DNA of 64,000 bases from a bacterium (GTDB taxonomy: Bacteria > Verrucomicrobiota > Kiritimatiellia > CAIKKV01 > CAITUY01). The notes under the pieces are model-generated. The model saw nothing but the letters and a program-made list of their open reading frames with translations, did not search any database and was not told the origin of the DNA. A program made the translations under genes and the position numbers. Below, one piece after another: positions 47,911 to 57,601 of this stretch. Position 1 is the stretch's first letter. Each line of letters starts with the position of its first letter. Location of the stretch: positions 9,553-73,552 of the forward strand of contig JBAWZH010000001.1 of assembly GCA_037143135.1 (NCBI GenBank). Reading direction: 5' to 3'.

Positions 47911-48368
47911 GACAGCATTCCCTCCCCAGCGCTAAAGTCCCTTGTTTCCCAGTGGGTGCCACTATGCTTGCCGTACGCCCCCACATAAACTTCGGTATCG
48001 GTGATGGTGAGGTGCATACAGTCAACACGCGTCACACTGTCATCCTCGATGGCGAACAACCGTTCGGCCTCCTCATGCCCGATTCTGGTTGCTGTTCCGC
48101 CATCTAGCCCTTCCCGCAGTCCCTCGACGTCATCCACCCAATCCGGTAGATAATTGAGGAATTGTACGCGCGGACCGGGCCCGGTCTTTACCGAGTACCA
48201 CCGGCCGCCTGTGTCCATTATCTTTAATTGCCGCCGCACCATCTCAACTACGCACTCTTCAGCCTTCGTCCACTGAAAAACCAAATACCGTGTGTCCTCC
48301 ATGGAATTCCCTGTAGCTGGCGCCTCGGCGATGTAATAGCCTTCTTTCAATTTATTTTTCATGCTCAT
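47904..48368 (-). CDS. Hypothetical protein
   Basis: 154-aa ORF. Confidence 0.35.
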   Translation of the reverse strand: MSMKNKLKEGYYIAEAPATGNSMEDTRYLVFQWTKAEECVVEMVRRQLKIMDTGGRWYSVKTGPGPRVQFLNYLPDWVDDVEGLREGLDGGTATRIGHEEAERLFAIEDDSVTRVDCMHLTITDTEVYVGAYGKHSGTHWETRDFSAGEGMLSC

Positions 48369-48418
48369 GATTCCTTCCCGGAAACCCGGCCTTGTTTGAG
48401 GCCTGGCTCCATTACTTG

Positions 48419-48703
48419 TTATGCTGCTTTCTCCTTCATGAGCCCTGCTAGTGCATCTGCGACCCTTTGCAGGTCATCAGCCGCTGTCTGCATGGCTTTC
48501 ACCGCATTGGTGATTTGTTCCGTATCGGAAGCGTTGACGTCATAGATGTCGTGAATCTCCTGGGCAATGAACTGGGCCAGGGTGTCGCCACCCATCCTGT
48601 TCTCCCGGGGTTCCGACGCTTCCTTGTCCCAATACTCCAGGATGAAGGCTTCGGGATAAACCGATGCCGCGCTGGAGATCAGTTGATTCAATGTCATTCT
48701 CAC
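48419..48703 (-). CDS. Hypothetical protein
   Basis: 94-aa ORF. Confidence 0.3.
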   Translation of the reverse strand: MRMTLNQLISSAASVYPEAFILEYWDKEASEPRENRMGGDTLAQFIAQEIHDIYDVNASDTEQITNAVKAMQTAADDLQRVADALAGLMKEKAA

Positions 48704-48769
48704 TCCTTAATAGAAAGGCCCGCTCGACCAAAATAGGCAAAGCGGGCTGGTTGTTTTGATGTTTGTTAA

Positions 48770-49483
48770 CTATGCCGCGAAACCGGGTAGCTCCTGTTGC
48801 CCGTTACGGATCACCACATCAGGAACGGCGTCCGGGATCACATCGGGAATGGCCTCTTGGCTTGTCGCGGAAACTTGCCCCGCCAACAGCCCGGCCATCC
48901 TGCCGAAATAATCCAGTCCATTCATCCTGAGTTGAATCCGGCACATGTTCACGCACCGGATATCCATGTCGGTTCCGTAGAGCCTGAGCTTGCCGGTCCC
49001 CCAGCGTCCCAACGCCTGATGTACAACTTTGGCGAAGGATAGGAGCATGACTCCCGACCCGACCGCCGGATCACACACCGTGACAACGCCTTTCTCTTCA
49101 ACCAGTTGCTTGAATGTTTCCTGGTCAAATTGCATGCGCGCCATCATTTCGGCGATTGGCTCTGGAGTGAAGAACTGTCCGGAACGCACTGAGTTGACGT
49201 CCAGCCGCATGAAGAGTTCCCCCAGGATATCCCGGAATGGATCTTGTTCAACGGCGTCAACGTACAATCCCAGCAACCGGCTAAATTCTGCACCCTCGGC
49301 CCCGCTATACCGATCCAGGCACTGCTTGAACCCAGCAGGATCCTTCACGGCATCGAGAAATGCCCACATGGCTTCGAGCCAATTCCGGTAAAGGTCATAC
49401 GAATGCATATGACCAAACACAGGATTATTTTCAAAGCTACGGGCAAGCTCCTCGAACGCCGATCGCGTTACTGCGCTACCCAT
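48770..49483 (-). CDS. HsdM-like N6-adenine methyltransferase N-terminal fragment (lacks catalytic motif IV)
   Basis: Motif X GQFFTPEPIAEMMARM and motif I VCDPAVGSGVMLL are present, but there is no NPPY/F motif before the stop. Confidence 0.45.
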   Translation of the reverse strand: MGSAVTRSAFEELARSFENNPVFGHMHSYDLYRNWLEAMWAFLDAVKDPAGFKQCLDRYSGAEGAEFSRLLGLYVDAVEQDPFRDILGELFMRLDVNSVRSGQFFTPEPIAEMMARMQFDQETFKQLVEEKGVVTVCDPAVGSGVMLLSFAKVVHQALGRWGTGKLRLYGTDMDIRCVNMCRIQLRMNGLDYFGRMAGLLAGQVSATSQEAIPDVIPDAVPDVVIRNGQQELPGFAA

Positions 49484-49531
49484 TCTTTTCCCGCCTTTCC
49501 AGCTTTACGCGATTGCATCGATAATCTGATG

Positions 49532-49786
49532 TCATGCATGTTTCATGTCCTCCTTTCGCTCCAGGTACCGGCGTTCCCAGTCTAGGCATTCCTGACGGGA
49601 AGGCGCAGTGAAGAGGGGTTGCCCCTTCATGTCCTTGACCCGCCATGACTGCTTGACGTTATCGAACTCGATGCGGGTCGCCCGGCTGATCTTGAGTCGG
49701 CCCAGGCAGGCGAGATCAATGACCTCGCTATAGGTGCCCCGAATCATGCCTTTGGGTGTGAAGATGAGTGAAGCCACCGCATTCAT
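49532..49786 (-). CDS. Hypothetical protein
   Basis: 84-aa ORF. Confidence 0.3.
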   Translation of the reverse strand: MNAVASLIFTPKGMIRGTYSEVIDLACLGRLKISRATRIEFDNVKQSWRVKDMKGQPLFTAPSRQECLDWERRYLERKEDMKHA

Positions 49787-49980
49787 TGTCCCACCTTCTG
49801 TTCCTGGCGTTGTGTGTTGCGGATGAAGTAGTCCGCCTTCTTGGTTTTCCGGCCTGTCACCCCCAGCGCTTTCTCCAGAAAGGCTGTTGCCTTTTCACAG
49901 TCCGCGCCCTGAAACCCCATGGCCTCAATGCGAATGGTGCCGTCCGGCGCCACCACCACTTCAATGGTTTTCTGTGTCAT
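49783..49980 (-). CDS. DUF2997-like small protein (start re-called at an internal Met)
   Basis: MTQKTIEVVVAPDGTIRIEAMGFQGADCEKATAFLEKALG fits the DUF2997 pattern. The 122-aa tool ORF would overlap its neighbour by 175 bp. Confidence 0.4.
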   Translation of the reverse strand: MTQKTIEVVVAPDGTIRIEAMGFQGADCEKATAFLEKALGVTGRKTKKADYFIRNTQRQEQKVGQ

Positions 49981-50363
49981 TGGCGGGGCCCTCCTGAAAG
50001 AAGCACTTTGATGCTTCCATTCTTGAGACCTTGCCGCGTGACCATGTAGCCTTTGCGGGTGGCTTCCATGGCGGTTTTCCACACGCCATAAAGCTGGAGC
50101 AGTTTTCCGTAGTTTGCTCCGACTTCCTTTTCCACATGGCCGTCCCACCAATCGGTGGTAAGACCATAGGTGCCGTCGGGCTGCCGGTTGACGGCAATGT
50201 CATAGGGCCCTTTGAGCACAATAATGTGCTCACCAATATGGCGGTTGGCGCCATACCCCCTTGCTTCGATTCCCTGCCTGAGTGAAAGGCCTATCTCCTC
50301 ACAGGCCTTGCGTAGCGCCTCAATGTCCTTGATTTGTGTCGTTATCGTTGTGAAATGACTCAC
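49977..50363 (-). CDS. DUF1257-like protein (GTG start)
   Basis: VSHFTTITTQIKDIEALRKACEEIGL matches the DUF1257 N-terminus (MSHFSTIKT...). A GTG at 50363 is preceded by AAGGAG. Confidence 0.45.
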   Translation of the reverse strand: MSHFTTITTQIKDIEALRKACEEIGLSLRQGIEARGYGANRHIGEHIIVLKGPYDIAVNRQPDGTYGLTTDWWDGHVEKEVGANYGKLLQLYGVWKTAMEATRKGYMVTRQGLKNGSIKVLLSGGPRQ

Positions 50364-50443
50364 TTTGGTTCTCCTTTTATTAATGAAAAAGCCCACGCCC
50401 CGGTAAAGGGCAGTGGGCCTTATTGTTTGCTGTAGGTATTGGA

Positions 50444-51517
50444 TCAACCGGCTTTCATCATGGGCGCTTCATCCTGGCGTTCCACGAAACCGGGTTCTGC
50501 CAGAGGGGCGGTCGCGATATGGAGCTTTCTGTGGCCCAACTGGCCAAACTGCTCCACAAGTTGACGGTTATCCTGCCGGGTCATCTCCCGCGCTGTATCC
50601 GCCAGTGACTGCAACCCCGTCTGGAGTTTGCCCCGGTAGAACGCGCTGTCCCGGTATTGTTCAGCCGGCCGGGTCAGGAATTCCTGCCTCACCCGGTTCA
50701 ACTGTGCCTCAAGCTCAACGTCGCCGACAAAGTTCAAAGATTTGAACTCATCAATGAACTTCACCAGCCGGTTGAGCGTTTTCTGGTGTACCCCGGTCTT
50801 TCCGGACTTCATGCTATCCAGCATTTCCTCGCAGAGTTTTGCTGTCTGCTCCCGCAGGGATGCCACACAATCCGAGACAAAGCCCTCCACACCCTTGTGG
50901 ATTTGTTCGGCTGCCTCCCGGACCGCCTGGTCCCTGGCATTGATGATATCCTGCTGTTCCCCAAGGCTGATCTGATCCATCGTGAACCCATCCGGCACAC
51001 TGATCTGGAAGAGTTGGGTCGTGAACCCAAAGGACCGCTCCATCCTTTCCGGTGTGGGGAAGGCTTCCTCGATCTTTTCGACCAATCTTTCCGGGTTGCC
51101 GCCGAGTCGCCCTGCGGCTTCCCGCCATTCGGCAAGACCCAGTGCGCGCATTTCGGCGTACCGGCCCAGGAAAACATCCTTTTCAGCCATGAATTCCTGT
51201 TCCAGTTTCGCTAGCTTGCCCATGGTTTCCTCCAGCCGGGTATTGGGCAGAAAATGCCCGAGTCCGTTAAGGAATGGAAACGTACACGTATCCACCAGCG
51301 CATGGGTTCGGCTCTCAATCAGGGCAAAGGCCTGCAATGATCCCCGTGGAATCAGGTTCTTATGCCCCAGGCTGAAAAGCCGCTTTTCCACGCTCTCCGG
51401 ATCCAGACCCAGATCCTCAGCGGTCAGTTTCTTGGTAGCCCGCCAGTAGCGAACCGATACATTCAAAAGCACGCCTTTGCGGGTGAGTACGTCCAATATA
51501 TGATTATTATCCTGCAT
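50444..51517 (-). CDS. Hypothetical protein (357 aa), first gene of the DUF1257/DUF2997 sub-operon
   Basis: Long ORF with no motifs recognised; 4-bp overlap with the downstream gene. Confidence 0.4.
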   Translation of the reverse strand: MQDNNHILDVLTRKGVLLNVSVRYWRATKKLTAEDLGLDPESVEKRLFSLGHKNLIPRGSLQAFALIESRTHALVDTCTFPFLNGLGHFLPNTRLEETMGKLAKLEQEFMAEKDVFLGRYAEMRALGLAEWREAAGRLGGNPERLVEKIEEAFPTPERMERSFGFTTQLFQISVPDGFTMDQISLGEQQDIINARDQAVREAAEQIHKGVEGFVSDCVASLREQTAKLCEEMLDSMKSGKTGVHQKTLNRLVKFIDEFKSLNFVGDVELEAQLNRVRQEFLTRPAEQYRDSAFYRGKLQTGLQSLADTAREMTRQDNRQLVEQFGQLGHRKLHIATAPLAEPGFVERQDEAPMMKAG

Positions 51518-51568
51518 TGTTATTCTCCTGTTTTGTGTTGTTTTCTTATCCTGCCAGCTTGTCCGCCA

Positions 51569-52243
51569 TCAGGGCGTCAGTCGGCATTTTGTTTTCATAC
51601 TGTTCGATTTCATCTCTGCCGGGGTCGCCATCCTGAGCCTTACGGTTCGAGCCAAGGCAACACCCATAACACTCCGGGCACCTGCTTCACGCAGAACCCT
51701 CGCGCATTCCCGCATTGTGGCCCCAGAGGTCAGCACATCATCCACCAGGATGACATGACACCCTTCCACCGCTAACTTGTCGGATACTGCGTAAAGACCG
51801 GTCACATTGGCCTTTCGTTCCTTCATACCCGCACACTGATGCTGTTTCTTGCCCTTGGGGCGCAATTGCACGAGCAGTGTGTCCAAGTGAACGTTCACCC
51901 GGCGGCCCAGATGCCGATAGATGCTTTCTGCCAACATTTCCGGAGCGCCGTGTCCATAAGCGTTGAACAGGTATTGCACCGGTTCAGGCTCAGCGGGCAC
52001 ATGCGTAACCACATAGGACACATCATTCCCAAGCCAGCGCTCCAGCCGTTCTGCAATCATGACCCCAAATTGGTCTATGATCTCAGTGGCCCGCCGCTTG
52101 GCCAGGATGACAGCCCTGCTCCAATCAGAATGTTGGTGTTCAACAGCCTGATGGCGGGGGTAATACACACCAAAAGCATGTATCCAACCTGAATCCACTA
52201 TCTCTCTTGGAACTAAATGCAGAAAACCAAACCGGTTTTCCAT
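51569..52243 (-). CDS. ComF-like phosphoribosyltransferase-domain protein
   Basis: PRTase PRPP-binding motif VILVDDVLTSGATMRE. Confidence 0.55.
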   Translation of the reverse strand: MENRFGFLHLVPREIVDSGWIHAFGVYYPRHQAVEHQHSDWSRAVILAKRRATEIIDQFGVMIAERLERWLGNDVSYVVTHVPAEPEPVQYLFNAYGHGAPEMLAESIYRHLGRRVNVHLDTLLVQLRPKGKKQHQCAGMKERKANVTGLYAVSDKLAVEGCHVILVDDVLTSGATMRECARVLREAGARSVMGVALARTVRLRMATPAEMKSNSMKTKCRLTP

Positions 52244-52421
52244 ATAACCTTCCTTTCAATGAAAAAAGCGGCCCTGTCATGGGGACCGCCCGTTACTGTC
52301 TGATCCACCGACCCCTCTACAACAGAATCCTGCCACCAGGGCAGAGCTCCGCCATAAAAGGGTGTCGGTGGGTTATTATTCTTCAATCAACCGCATTGCA
52401 CGGTTGCGATTCATGCGCGGT

Positions 52422-52904
52422 TCAGTCGAACTCGCATAGGCCTGATTCACGCATGGACAGAAATTCCCGGCTGACGGTCGCCATGTTGTCGCCGTGCTTT
52501 CGCCCGACGATGACATGATCCAGCACCTTGATGCCGAGAATCTGACCACCCTGAATCATCTGTTTGGTCAACTTGACGTCTTCCGCGCTCGGGGAGGGAT
52601 CGCCGGAGGGATGGTTGTGCACGAGTATGACGGCCGACGCGCTTTCGCTGATCGCCCGCCGAAACACCTCTCGCGCATGAACGAGGCAGGAATCCACCAC
52701 GCCCATGCCAATCATCCGTTTGTCCAATAACCGGTTCCTTGTGTTCAAGGCCAGTACCACAAAGGTCTCCTGGCCCAGATCACGCATTTCCCGGCATTCT
52801 ACCCAGGTATCTTCCGGGGTGCGGATCATGGTGGTTCCGTCCCTCGCCAAAGGCAACTCGCACATGAACGAGATTGCCCGGTATTCAGGTTTTTTCATCA
52901 CCAC
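52422..52904 (-). CDS. radC: RadC-like JAB/MPN-domain protein
   Basis: JAMM motif HNHPSGDPSPSAED, with an upstream E and a downstream S. Confidence 0.7.
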   Translation of the reverse strand: MVMKKPEYRAISFMCELPLARDGTTMIRTPEDTWVECREMRDLGQETFVVLALNTRNRLLDKRMIGMGVVDSCLVHAREVFRRAISESASAVILVHNHPSGDPSPSAEDVKLTKQMIQGGQILGIKVLDHVIVGRKHGDNMATVSREFLSMRESGLCEFD

Positions 52905-53269
52905 TCCGATCCGTTTCCATCACCTGAAGCTTCAACAATTCCCTGTAACTCCAGCACTTCAAGGCTGCGTTCATCCACAATAACCTCTGTGCTGTACTTG
53001 GTCTGCCCATCCTTGGTCTCGAACTTGGACGTGTTAACCCGGCCTTCCAGCCCGATCAACACACCTTTCGGATCCCCGGTCAGCAGGCTGATGGCGAGTT
53101 CGGACGGACTGAACACCACGCAAGGCACAAAGGCCTTGTGAGGCTTTTTGTCCTTTCCCCCATGACCATTCTTTGTGGCCAGCGTAAACCTGAGAACCTT
53201 CTTCTCATTACCATTCAATGTGCCGCTGCGCGGCAGGGTTCCAACTCCTATGAACTTATTCATGATCAT
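52898..53269 (-). CDS. ssb: Single-stranded-DNA-binding (OB-fold) protein-like
   Basis: FIGVGTL...KKVLRFTLATKN...KAFVPCVVFSPSELA...LIGLEGRVNTSKFETKDGQTKYSTEVIVDE resembles an SSB OB-fold. Confidence 0.45.
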   Translation of the reverse strand: MIMNKFIGVGTLPRSGTLNGNEKKVLRFTLATKNGHGGKDKKPHKAFVPCVVFSPSELAISLLTGDPKGVLIGLEGRVNTSKFETKDGQTKYSTEVIVDERSLEVLELQGIVEASGDGNGSEW

Positions 53270-53979
53270 TTCCTTTCAGTTCGGTTGATTGTCATTATTT
53301 TCAATTACAGACATGCTTTCCTCATAAACACCTTCTTCCGCGTTAGCGGAACATCATGGAATAGCCTCCTTTCAATTGATTTCCTCGTAGAGGACACTGG
53401 AGCTACCGCTCCTGTGATTATTGCCGTTTCCAGAAATATGGACGCCCGAATCCGGCTTGATTCAGTCGCATCACGCAGACACTTGCCCGCGATTTCAATA
53501 ACGAACGAATTTCTCCGCTCATGAACTATTGGTTCAACAGGAGAAGGTGAATAGAGTTTATAAATCTTGCCCTGGCAGATGGCGGAAGTTGTGCAAAGGC
53601 GTTACTACTTCACAAAGGCAAAAGCTTTAAATAGATTCGTGCGTTTATAGTGGGGTATCAGTTTGCCCGGAAGGGCCCCTTCTTTACGTACCAATACGTG
53701 TACTTATATGTAGGTAAGACTGATTGCTCTGGAATATGCGGAATACCTCACCCGAAAAAATCATCATGGTTGGCTCATGTAGAGTCTCTATATTTCGGAA
53801 TCTCGTCTGGATAGATGGAAAAGAAATCGAGATCCCAAAACTGGTTCTGGAAGTACGGTACAAGGACAAGCAGGGCCGCTGGTGCGGGACGCCGGCCATC
53901 AGTTTAAGAGAATTGCCCAAAGCCATTCTGGCTTTACAACAGGCTTTTGAATATCTGACTTCTAATGAGAAATGAGTAC

Positions 53980-54234
53980 TTACCGTGCCGCCGCGATTCT
54001 TCGGTCGATTTCAGATCCGAGGGCATCGGATAATACCACTGCAATGAATGCCAGCAGGACAATCATGAAACCCATTTCCATAGCAATTAAGAGGGTCATC
54101 GTTCCCGCAAAGAACATGATGCCAAAACTGACTGCGATGAGGGCAAGAAAGGATAAAAGGCGTCCGCAGATATAGATGACGACGCTACGGATTGAGTTAT
54201 TTCTGTTTCTCATATTTGACCCTCCACATGTCAA
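53980..54234 (-). CDS. Small membrane protein
   Basis: 84 aa with two predicted TM helices, immediately downstream of the recombinase. Confidence 0.3.
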   Translation of the reverse strand: MTCGGSNMRNRNNSIRSVVIYICGRLLSFLALIAVSFGIMFFAGTMTLLIAMEMGFMIVLLAFIAVVLSDALGSEIDRRIAAAR

Positions 54235-54254
54235 TAATGGGGCGTATCAACTAT

Positions 54255-54995
54255 TTAAAGCTTTCGGGCGAAATCATCCGTGATCTCGTTATACGCCGCG
54301 CGTACAGCTTCCTCTGATGGATTGAGGTAAACGCTGGTGGCCCGGAGTGTTCTATGGCCAACCTGTTTCTGAACAATCGGCAGAGGTAGCTTGTAGCTGT
54401 GGATATGATGCATGATATGCGAGTGGCGCATGGAATGAACCGTGATCTGGCGCAGTTTTCGGCCTTTGGAGTCCTGGCCATACTCCCGGTTGAATCCGGC
54501 TTTAATGACATAGCGCTGGAATATCTGCCGTATTCGATTCTCACTGTAATGCCTGGCGGATCGAGTGGATCGCCGGAATAGATATTCATCCGGGCTGGTC
54601 ACACTTTCCGTTCGTTTCAACATCCGACCTTCCCTCCTGAGGAGGCTTTTGATCTCATTGATGACACCTTCCGGAAGGTGACTGGTCCGCTTGTGGCCCG
54701 TCTTGGTGTTGTCTGCTGGGATAAAGACGCTGTTCCGGCTGAAATCAAGGTGTTTGACCTGGATCCTGACAAACTCACCTACACGGCATCCAAGGTGGTA
54801 AATCACTCTGAACATGAGTTTGTGCCGGTAATCCTCTATACCATCAAGGAGTTTCTGCCATTCATCCAAGGTCAGGTACCGAATGGTCTCCCCAAAACGC
54901 TCATATTTCGGGGAATGTTTCACATTTGACGCTTTTGGGCCGATTCCGGCCTGTTTCACGCTTGGGAATGATTCGTTTTCTGTCATTTTCTTCAC
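54255..54995 (-). CDS. Tyrosine site-specific recombinase (catalytic domain only; short)
   Basis: R (HLGCRVGE), HSMRHSH, QKQVGHRTLRATSVYL (catalytic Y). Only 246 aa, with no N-terminal core-binding domain. Confidence 0.65.
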   Translation of the reverse strand: MKKMTENESFPSVKQAGIGPKASNVKHSPKYERFGETIRYLTLDEWQKLLDGIEDYRHKLMFRVIYHLGCRVGEFVRIQVKHLDFSRNSVFIPADNTKTGHKRTSHLPEGVINEIKSLLRREGRMLKRTESVTSPDEYLFRRSTRSARHYSENRIRQIFQRYVIKAGFNREYGQDSKGRKLRQITVHSMRHSHIMHHIHSYKLPLPIVQKQVGHRTLRATSVYLNPSEEAVRAAYNEITDDFARKL

Positions 54996-55905
54996 ACTGG
55001 GTCACAAATGTGAAGTTCGCCCCCTATTTATAGTTTGCGGAGAAAGCCTGAATAGTGAGAGACGTTACTTTTTGCCACCAACCGGCGGGGTTTTGAGTAT
55101 GCAAAGGTATATAAACCCTGATTGCGTTGTCATCCCAGAATGACAACACATAATAAATACACCGAGAACACAAAGCTGTACCGGATGCTTGAAAGCATGG
55201 ATCGGGACATCAAAGGGATCGGCGTCGCCGTGCGAGGCATGAATGACACGGTCAGCGAGTTGCTGGCTAGAACTGAATGCATCTACGATGCCGTCTCCCA
55301 GCAACCTGAAAGTCGCATCGCCGGCATGACCGACGATAGCTTTTTGGATGAACTGGAATAGTAGGGATTCAGCGCGCGAGCAAAGAATGAATCGCCGTTC
55401 ATAGCGTCAGACGCGTCCAATCAGGGAGAACGGCAAACACTGATCCCCTGCGATTCTAGCAAGATCTGTAACGATCCCCGCATGTCCTGGATGATGAACC
55501 CTGCCGTAACAAACGTATTACCCCCGGCGAAAATCGTGCCCTATGGTCGGTAAATGCTCCTTATGACACGTGGGGAGGTGCGGATCCAACGGCTGCGGCA
55601 ACTTCATGGTCGGCGTGGCGGCGCGAAGTCCGCCTCTGCTGTTCAGCCAATGCAACCTCTAATCTCTCGTTAAAGGGAAAATCCCTGCGAACGACGATCT
55701 TCCACAAATAATTGTGGAATGCCCCCGTATCGGGAAGTATAGTCTAGACAAAGGGTGGCGGAATGGTCATTGAGCCGTGTCTCACAATGATGAATGAGAA
55801 AGTCTATATACATTATCGGGATGTTTTCCGTGGATAACAGGCAGGACTTTCGACTTTATCAAGATAATCGGGATCGGAATTAATAATTGTTGGGCATGAA
55901 ATATT

Positions 55906-56622
55906 GTGAGCAGTGCAATCAAATACGTCCTCAGCAACAAAGAGTGGATATTCTCCGGCTGTGGCTTGTTAGTTGTTAGTGCGATCGTATGGCTACTGCG
56001 CAGCTTGTTTTTCAGAACAAAAGAGGGAAGGCGCAGCGATGTACGGAGCGCATCAAATGCCGAGACGGAAAGCGTGCGCACGAAGAAAAGCCAGAACGAA
56101 GTGCCGCAACATTGGCATGGGATAATGCCTCCCGACAGCAAGTACAGCTTCTCGACAACAGAAGAGAGTTCATTCCCGATTGGCGAACAAACAATTTCGC
56201 TGGAATATGGTCCACGTGGGCACGCTTATCCCTTGCAGATGAAGGGATCACTCGTCAGCGCGCATATCGCCTTTACATGCCGAATCGTCAATGTTTCTCA
56301 GGCAATAGCCGGAGCAGACGGTTACGCATTGAATATCCTCCCGCCCATGTTCCTGACAGCAGCGAGATCTGTGCTTGAGTCTGCAACACTGTCACAACTC
56401 CGAAACGGGAGGGAGCGATACGCTACAGATGTCGTGAACAAGCTCAAACCACTCTTCAGCAAGCATGGCTTTCATCTTGAATCCGTGACTATTGGCGCAC
56501 TTGAGAGACTTGAACGGCCGGCGGCTGACAAGCGCAAATCAACAACTCTGATTAACGTGAACGTGACCCATCAAGTGCCCAACAATCGACCGGAGGTTAT
56601 TCGCCCGAAGACAGGCGAATAA
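55906..56622 (+). CDS. Hypothetical membrane-anchored protein
   Basis: N-terminal TM segment IFSGCGLLVVSAIVWLL. Confidence 0.35.
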   Translation: MSSAIKYVLSNKEWIFSGCGLLVVSAIVWLLRSLFFRTKEGRRSDVRSASNAETESVRTKKSQNEVPQHWHGIMPPDSKYSFSTTEESSFPIGEQTISLEYGPRGHAYPLQMKGSLVSAHIAFTCRIVNVSQAIAGADGYALNILPPMFLTAARSVLESATLSQLRNGRERYATDVVNKLKPLFSKHGFHLESVTIGALERLERPAADKRKSTTLINVNVTHQVPNNRPEVIRPKTGE

Positions 56623-56677
56623 CCTCAGCCGTAACGTTAGGCCACCAAATTGAGATTGTGGAAACAAAGGAGCGGGA

Positions 56678-57427
56678 TTGAGACCTGAGACGCATTTTGC
56701 CGATTGGAGGGAGTTCGAGGACTACGTCTATGGCTTACTTCTTACCGCCAAGCCTGCGCTCGCACATCGCAATCTCGCTGTCCACAAACACAGACGGATG
56801 CGCGGGAACCGCACAACATGGACGATTGACGTGGAGTACGAACTTGATGTGCTTGGCATCAGGCATGTCGTCTTGGTTGAGTGCAAGTACTTCGCTCGCA
56901 AGGTCACACGACGGGAAGCCTCCTATCTCCTCGCGTGTGTGCAGGATGTCGGAGCGGCCAAAGGCATTCTCGTTAGCAATCAAGGGTTCACGGCTGGGGC
57001 TAGGGAAGTCGTTGCCGCCTCGCCCGTTCTTCTCCTTCAAGTCCCGGAGTTGTTCGGGATCTTGGAGGCTGATTTGCTTGTGTCCCTGAAGAAACGGCTC
57101 TTCCGCGACATAATCGACATGCGCGACGAGGCAATCTGGGTGCCAAAGGTTCGCGGCTTTGGCGGTGACCACGGGAGGTTCGTCGAGATTCAGAGTGAAC
57201 TGAGTCAGTACGTGGACTTCCCCCATCGCTTCCCTTTGCCCCTCGCCTTCAGCCGCCTCCAACTCGATGGACAGGATTCTGCGCCCATCAAGATCAGCAG
57301 CAAACTTGAATACGTCCTAACAGTGATTGACAACATCGCCGAGGTCAGGAAGCAGTACGGCGATAGGTACGGCTTCGCTGGATGTGAATACACGCAACAG
57401 CAGGAAGCACAAGAGCAGAGAGCCTAA
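56678..57427 (+). CDS. Mrr-like restriction-endonuclease-domain protein (PD-(D/E)xK)
   Basis: WTIDVEYELDVLGIRHVVLVECKYF...GILVSNQGFTAGA matches the Mrr_cat core (D...E.K). Confidence 0.5.
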   Translation: MRPETHFADWREFEDYVYGLLLTAKPALAHRNLAVHKHRRMRGNRTTWTIDVEYELDVLGIRHVVLVECKYFARKVTRREASYLLACVQDVGAAKGILVSNQGFTAGAREVVAASPVLLLQVPELFGILEADLLVSLKKRLFRDIIDMRDEAIWVPKVRGFGGDHGRFVEIQSELSQYVDFPHRFPLPLAFSRLQLDGQDSAPIKISSKLEYVLTVIDNIAEVRKQYGDRYGFAGCEYTQQQEAQEQRA

Positions 57428-57601
57428 CAAAAGTACGGAAGGTATGGCGCTCCCCTGCGCTCCACGCCAACCTTCACGCTATTTGTACCTCGCCCACTCA
57501 GGTTATAAGGAGCATTTGCCGATCGTGAGGACACTGATTCCTGAGTTAATGATGTTAGAGGTTTTGCCCAACTATATTATCCTGATCCTGGCGATTCCTT
57601 C

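Larger units (their letters stand above)
44440..55400 (-). mobile_element. Putative integrated mobile-element remnant (ICE/prophage-like cargo block) ending in a tyrosine recombinase
   Basis: A contiguous minus-strand block of short genes. It includes a tyrosine recombinase, SSB, RadC/JAB, ComF-like PRTase, a DUF1257/DUF2997 pair, an HsdM-like fragment and an AAA+ ATPase. Att sites not identified. Confidence 0.4.

Noticed and set aside
49783-50447. The tool-called 122-aa and 156-aa ORFs as given
   Set aside because: They overlap by 175 bp. Re-calling the starts (GTG with AAGGAG RBS; internal Met) gives two family-sized proteins with a 4-bp overlap, so the longer versions are over-extended.
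55000-55900. tRNA gene as an integration target next to the tyrosine recombinase
   Set aside because: I scanned 55.0-55.9 kb and 44.4-44.6 kb by eye for T-loop (GGTTCGAATCC-like) and acceptor-stem patterns and found none.
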